NCBI GenBank assembly: GCA_030141605.1
Contig: JAQGDQ010001776.1
Coordinates: forward strand, 1-25,872
DNA length: 25,872 bases
From: Tubiluchus corallicola
Taxonomy: Eukaryota; Animalia; Priapulida
Direction of reading: 5' to 3'
This document shows, in pieces, positions 21,074 through 25,872 of the stretch. Made by a program: the position numbers and the translations under genes. The notes under the pieces were generated by a model. That model saw only the letters and a list, made by a program, of their open reading frames with translations, did not search any database and was not told the origin of the DNA. The stretch's first letter is position 1. Every line of letters starts with the position of its first letter.

Positions 21074-21758
21074 GCTATACAGTATAAGGCACTTATACAG
21101 TACGCAGTGTGCTGTACAGTATAAGGCACTTATACAGTACGCAGTGTGATGTACAGTATAAGGCACTTATACAGTACGCAGTGTGTTATATAGTATAAGC
21201 CACTTATACAGTACGCAGTGTGTTATACAGTATAAGGCACTTATACAGTATGCAGTGTGTTATATAGTATAAGCCACTTATACAGTATGCAGTGTGTTAT
21301 ACAGTATAAGGCACTTATACAGTACGCAGTGTGTTATATAGTATAAGCCACTTATACAGTACGCAGTGTGTTATACAGTATAAGGCACTTACACAGTACA
21401 CAGTGTGCTATACAGTATAAGCCACTTATACAGTACACAGCGTGTTATACAGTATAAGCAACTTATACAGTACACAGTGTGCTATACAGTATAAGCCACT
21501 TATACAGTACACAGTGTGTTATACAGTATAAGCAACTTATACAGTACACAGTGTGCTGTACAGTATAAGGCACTTATACAGTATACAGTGTGCTATACAG
21601 TATAAGGCACTTATACAGTACACAGTGTGTTATACAGTATAAGCCACTTATACAGTTCACTGTGTTATACAGTATAAGGCACTTATACTGTACACAGTGT
21701 GTTGTACAGTATAAGGCACTTATACTGTACACAGTGTGCTGTACAGTATAAGGCACTT
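21074..21758. repeat. 37-bp minisatellite, about 18.5 copies, made of two related 18-19-bp subunits
   Basis: Unit GYTATACAGTATAAGSCACTTATACAGTACRCAGTGT; TATACAGTA occurs twice per unit. Confidence 0.96.
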
Positions 21759-23190
21759 TTACTGCAACAATCTATTGTCGCCCATACAGGTTTAAACTGT
21801 TCATTTTTTATCTACAAGTGCAAGTGATACAATCTAGTCTGCAAATGTTTTTTAACAAAATGTTAGCACATATATTCAGATCGCCATTACAAATTTTTTT
21901 TCAAGTTGTGTGATATAACAATTATTCGTTATTTGTCAAAATTTACATTTTTCACTATTATATTTGTAACCGTTGTCCATGAACTTATAATATGTCAGAA
22001 TAGTATTTGTTACTGCTTTATTAAATACTCTTACATTTAAGGTGTACATAATAAAATAATTCTTTTTTTCTTTGATGAGTGGATGACTCATTTACATGTC
22101 GTAGTGACTATTGACACTGAGAACTTGTCCATGCGATTTTGTTACATTTTGATGTTAGAGTTTTCGCGCATCTTACACAAAGCTTTACTGTCACTAATAA
22201 AATGTTGTTGTTTTTAAGATTCTATTCGTCTTGTTATGGAATAAAGTACATTTTTGTTAACACAAATGTTTTGGAAGTGCTGGTTTTGCATAAAATGATA
22301 TTTTTTGTGTAATTTACTCGTGTTTACGTTAACGCTGACCATCAACCATGCAATTTTGAAAGCCGTCGTGACAATTTCAAGTACCATTAACGAGAGAAGT
22401 TTTAAAAGGACTATTTAACTTAATAAATGGTCACACAGATGCTTATTATTTTATGAGCAAGAACTCGCTGAGGCTGAGTAACCTGACTAGTGCAGCGAGA
22501 CATGAGTTTATATTACGAACAGCGACTCGCTCGTGTGGGTGCAGTAACTGCTTTAGTTTAGTTCAGCTGTATGCGTCACTAATGACTAATGTCATTTGCC
22601 GTCAATGAAGAATTTCGCAAAGTGCAGCAACATTAAGTATAGTAGTTTGACATGTGGTTTATCAAAAGTTGGCATTTGTTTTGCCACTGTGTAAACTGCA
22701 AACGGAATCTATAACGTTTTCACACATCAAATGTGACGCCGTGATGTCCATATAGAATTAACTCTCATAACTTAAATACAGCTATAAAACTAGACAATTT
22801 ATAACAATCATAATGAATGCTTGATCGGACAAATGCACGGTTAATAGGACGTAATTTATCTAAACAAACCTGATAAAATAATCAAGACTTAGTCTTAAAT
22901 TTCGCCAAGGTCAGGATCCTTGTTACAGCAATATTACAAACTATTTGAGATGCTTAAATTTTAATTTAATTAGAGTTGTTATTGGTTATTAAATTAGTGG
23001 TCTGTTACAACTTAAATAAGAATATTCTCTTGTATTGCAACATCTTAGTAAACTATGCGATTTGGCCCTAAGTCGTTGGCTTTCAAAATGTCGATTTTCT
23101 TTTCGAGGCTCAAAATGTCTGCTTAAAAACTAATAATTGTTCGTCGCTAATTAATAACATTCAGATAAACAGCAGAACTTTCAGGTAGTC

Positions 23191-23579
23191 CAGTGGCGGA
23201 TTTAGGGGGTGGGCCCAAGGGGCCCTCGTTCAGAGTAGCAGTTACTGCACACCTAGTAAATATTTCCTCAGGATTATAAGAACATTTAGTGGTAGCTTTT
23301 AATGACTTATATCGAGTAAAAAGTTCTGCATTAATGATTTCTGTGTAAAAACGTTTGTGCCCTTTAAGTAACAATTGAAGTTTTTGACAAAGATGTCGCT
23401 GTGCACAATTATATGTTGTACTAGTAATTAAGAGTAAAAGTTTGAGCTGACATAATGAGTTTTAAATTTTGAGTTTGCAGAGGCAAAATGGTCTAAAATT
23501 AGCATAAAGCGTTCCGCCAGACCCCCTAGCTGCTTTTTCGTTGGGCTGATCCTTTTTCTAAAGCCAGTATCCGCCCCCG
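23191..23579. mobile_element. Degenerate hAT-like MITE
   Basis: Ends CAGTGGCGGAT / ATCCGCCCCCG with GC-rich subtermini (GGGCCCAAGGGGCCC; CCAGACCCCCTAGCTGC). The TSD is not convincingly preserved. Confidence 0.55.
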
Positions 23580-23625
23580 GGTACACAAGTAGTATGTGAG
23601 TCATGCGCAGAAGGGCTGTATCTGA

Positions 23626-24175
23626 TTAAGATATTACGCACGCTCGTGATGGATTCTTTGCAGTGGGTTCATCATCCAATTTTAGTTCTGGTTCCTCATC
23701 ACTTGCTAACGAGCTACTGATCGATAAACGTGATTCTATGGCTTCTTTATTTTTGGTCATGTGATTGAGGTCCTTCTTGCCATTTTTGATTGTCTTCTGC
23801 TTCACGTCTGTACCTTCCTTCTCCTTGTTGTCATTTTTTATCGTCTTCTCCCTGTCGTCTGTAGTTGGACCATTGGTTTTGTCTTCTTTAAACCTTGAAG
23901 TCCTGTGAAGATTCCTGTTTTGTACTGTCTTCTGCGATTCATGTTTGGCTGCATCGTCTTCCGTTCCGTTTTGTTCAACTGCTTTATTCTCTTGCCTGCG
24001 ATCTTCGGAATTTCTGCGGTTGGTGTCATTTTGCATCTTTGCTTTAGTCGCCTGTGCTTGTTTAGAATTCACGTTTGCAAAGAGAAAGCCCATGTCTTGC
24101 GACCGCTTTTGAAGAGGAGGGCGTTTAGAAGCGATGTTGATCATAGCTGGTCGCTCGTTTGTTGAGCCCTTCACT
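23626..24175 (-). CDS. Terminal coding exon of an unidentified minus-strand gene; charged low-complexity tail ending in CaaX motif (CVIS*)
   Basis: Acceptor tttttatttcag| at 24176-24187, then a 550-nt open exon, K/E/D/N-rich, ending NPSRACVIS-TAA. It is phase-compatible with the exon at 25508-25692. Confidence 0.75.
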
Positions 24176-24579
24176 CTGAAATAAAAAATCCCGATAAACA
24201 ATAATTAATTTTCTAAACCTGTTATCGCAGCGTATTCTGTATACTAATATTTTGAAAACTAATCAAATATTTCAATATATTAATTTAGTAACCTATACGG
24301 TCATTAAATTTTTTGATGTTGAAGGTTTGTGATTAAATCTTGGATACAAACACGGGGCCTTATGACGGGTTTCTTGTTTTGTTCACAATAATTCGCTTAA
24401 TTTCTTTAATGAAATAATCAACGGATTAACAGTATTTCTCGCTTCTCAAATAAGAGATGAGATTTATTAATTATCGGTTTAAAATAATTAATATGTTGCA
24501 TTATGCTAGCAGTATATTAATAAGCATCATAATTCTACGCATCATTGATGAGCACGAGACATTCATTTGCGTGTATTGA

Positions 24580-25563
24580 TCATTTTTATTGCTCTGGTGA
24601 TATCAAATCCAGTTAAATAAAGAGTAGCAATGTTGAACGTATTCGTCATTTTAATTGCTCTGGTTATATCAAATCCAGTTAAATAAAGAGTAGCAATGCT
24701 GCACGTATTCTTCATTTTTAATTACTCTGGTTATATCAAATCCAGTTAAATAAAGAGTAGCAATGTTGCACATACACGTCATTTTTAATTGCTCTGGTGA
24801 TATCAAATCCAGTTAAATAAAGAGTAGCATTGTTGCACGTATTCGTCATTTTAATTGCTCTGGTTATATCAAATCCAGTTAAATAAAGAGTAGCAATGTT
24901 GAACGTATTCGTCATTTTAATTGCTCTGGTTATATCAAATCCAGTTAAATAAAGAGTAGCAATGTTGCACGTATTCTTCATTTTTAATTGCTCTGGTGAT
25001 ATCAAATCCAGTTAAATAAAGAGTAGCAATGTTGCACGTATTCGTCATTTTAATTGCTCTGGTTATTTCAAATCCAGTTAAATAAAGAGTAGCAATGTTG
25101 AACGTATTCGTCATTTTAATTACTCTGGTTATATCAAATCCAGTTAAATAAAGAGTAGCAATGTTGCACATACACGTCATTTTTAATTGCTCTGGTGATA
25201 TCAAATCCAGTTAAATAAAGAGTAGCAATGTTGCACGTATTCGTCATTTTTAATTGCTCTGGTTATATCAAATCCAGTTAAATAAAGAGTAGCAATGTTG
25301 CACGTATTCGTCATTTTAATTGCTCTGGTTATATCAAATCCAGTTAAATAAAGAGTAGCAATGTTGCACGTATTCTTCATTTTTAATTACTCTGGTTATA
25401 TCAAATCCAGTTAAATAAAGAGTAGCAATGTTGCACATACACGTCATTTTTTATTGCTCTGGTTATATCAAATCCAGTTAAATAAAGAGTAGCAATGTTG
25501 CACTTACACGTCATTTTTTATTGCTGTGGTTATATCAAATCCAACGAAATAAAGAGCAGCAAT
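24580..25563. repeat. 66-67-bp minisatellite, about 15 copies, overlapping the 3' end of the minus-strand exon
   Basis: Unit GTTGCACGTATTCGTCATTTTAATTGCTCTGGTTATATCAAATCCAGTTAAATAAAGAGTAGCAAT. The rightmost copy lies inside exon 25508-25692. Confidence 0.96.
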
Positions 25564-25692
25564 AGTGCTATCATCAACATCATTAGCCACATCCAATTCC
25601 TTTCTGACTAATTCCACAAACTTGCTTCCCTCGGAGGAACTTGCTGCTTCGTCCCATAGTTTATCTGAGCACACCACGTGATAATCCAGTAG
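25508..25692 (-). CDS. Penultimate coding exon of an unidentified minus-strand gene
   Basis: Minus-strand acceptor ttgttttcag| and donor GT|GTAAGT. The open frame is LLDYHVVCSDKLWDEAASSSEGSKFVELVRKELDVANDVDDSTIAALYFVGFDITTAIKND. Its phase 2 end joins in frame to the 24175 exon (GT+A=Val). Confidence 0.75.
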
Positions 25693-25872
25693 CTGAAAAC
25701 AATGGAGACATAAACAGACTGAATTAACTTGTAGCTTTTAAAATGTCAAGCTGCTATTAAGTAATAACTTCTGTAGACGTTCACAGAGTAACTTTAATAG
25801 TATAAACACTGAAGCACGTGGTGCTAGTAAATGGCGGCAAGAATAGGGAAAATATTGGGCTATTGGAACACC

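Noticed and set aside
24736-25204. Two 89-aa repeat ORFs as extra coding exons
   Set aside because: Mixed 66/67-bp units shift frame, there is no acceptor, and the flanking exons already join in phase.

Overview
AT-rich, repeat-dense eukaryotic (invertebrate animal-like) genomic window with one 84-N assembly gap. It holds three protein-coding units, two of which the ORF track misses or shows only partly because they are spliced. (1) A complete three-exon C15orf61/DUF4528 homolog on + (11452-11609, 13672-13856, 16021-16148; 156 aa, with an N-terminus resembling a mitochondrial presequence). (2) An intronless PITPNC1/RdgB-beta phosphatidylinositol transfer protein ORF on + (16245-17102), starting only 96 nt after the C15orf61 stop. 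(3) The last two coding exons of an unidentified minus-strand gene ending in a CaaX box (25508-25692, 23626-24175). The C15orf61-PITPNC1 pair is the most notable system. The spacer has no canonical poly(A) signal, and an AG acceptor 2 nt before the PITPNC1 ATG is in phase with C15orf61 exon 2. This points to a dicistronic or operon-like unit, or to a spliced chimeric protein. The rest is LINE 3' fragments, a tRNA-headed SINE with an amplified 63-bp segment, Helitron-, hAT-, Tc1/mariner- and foldback-type non-autonomous elements, and several minisatellites, one derived from an exon/5' splice-site junction. All family assignments rest on recalled motifs and by-eye alignment, not database searches.
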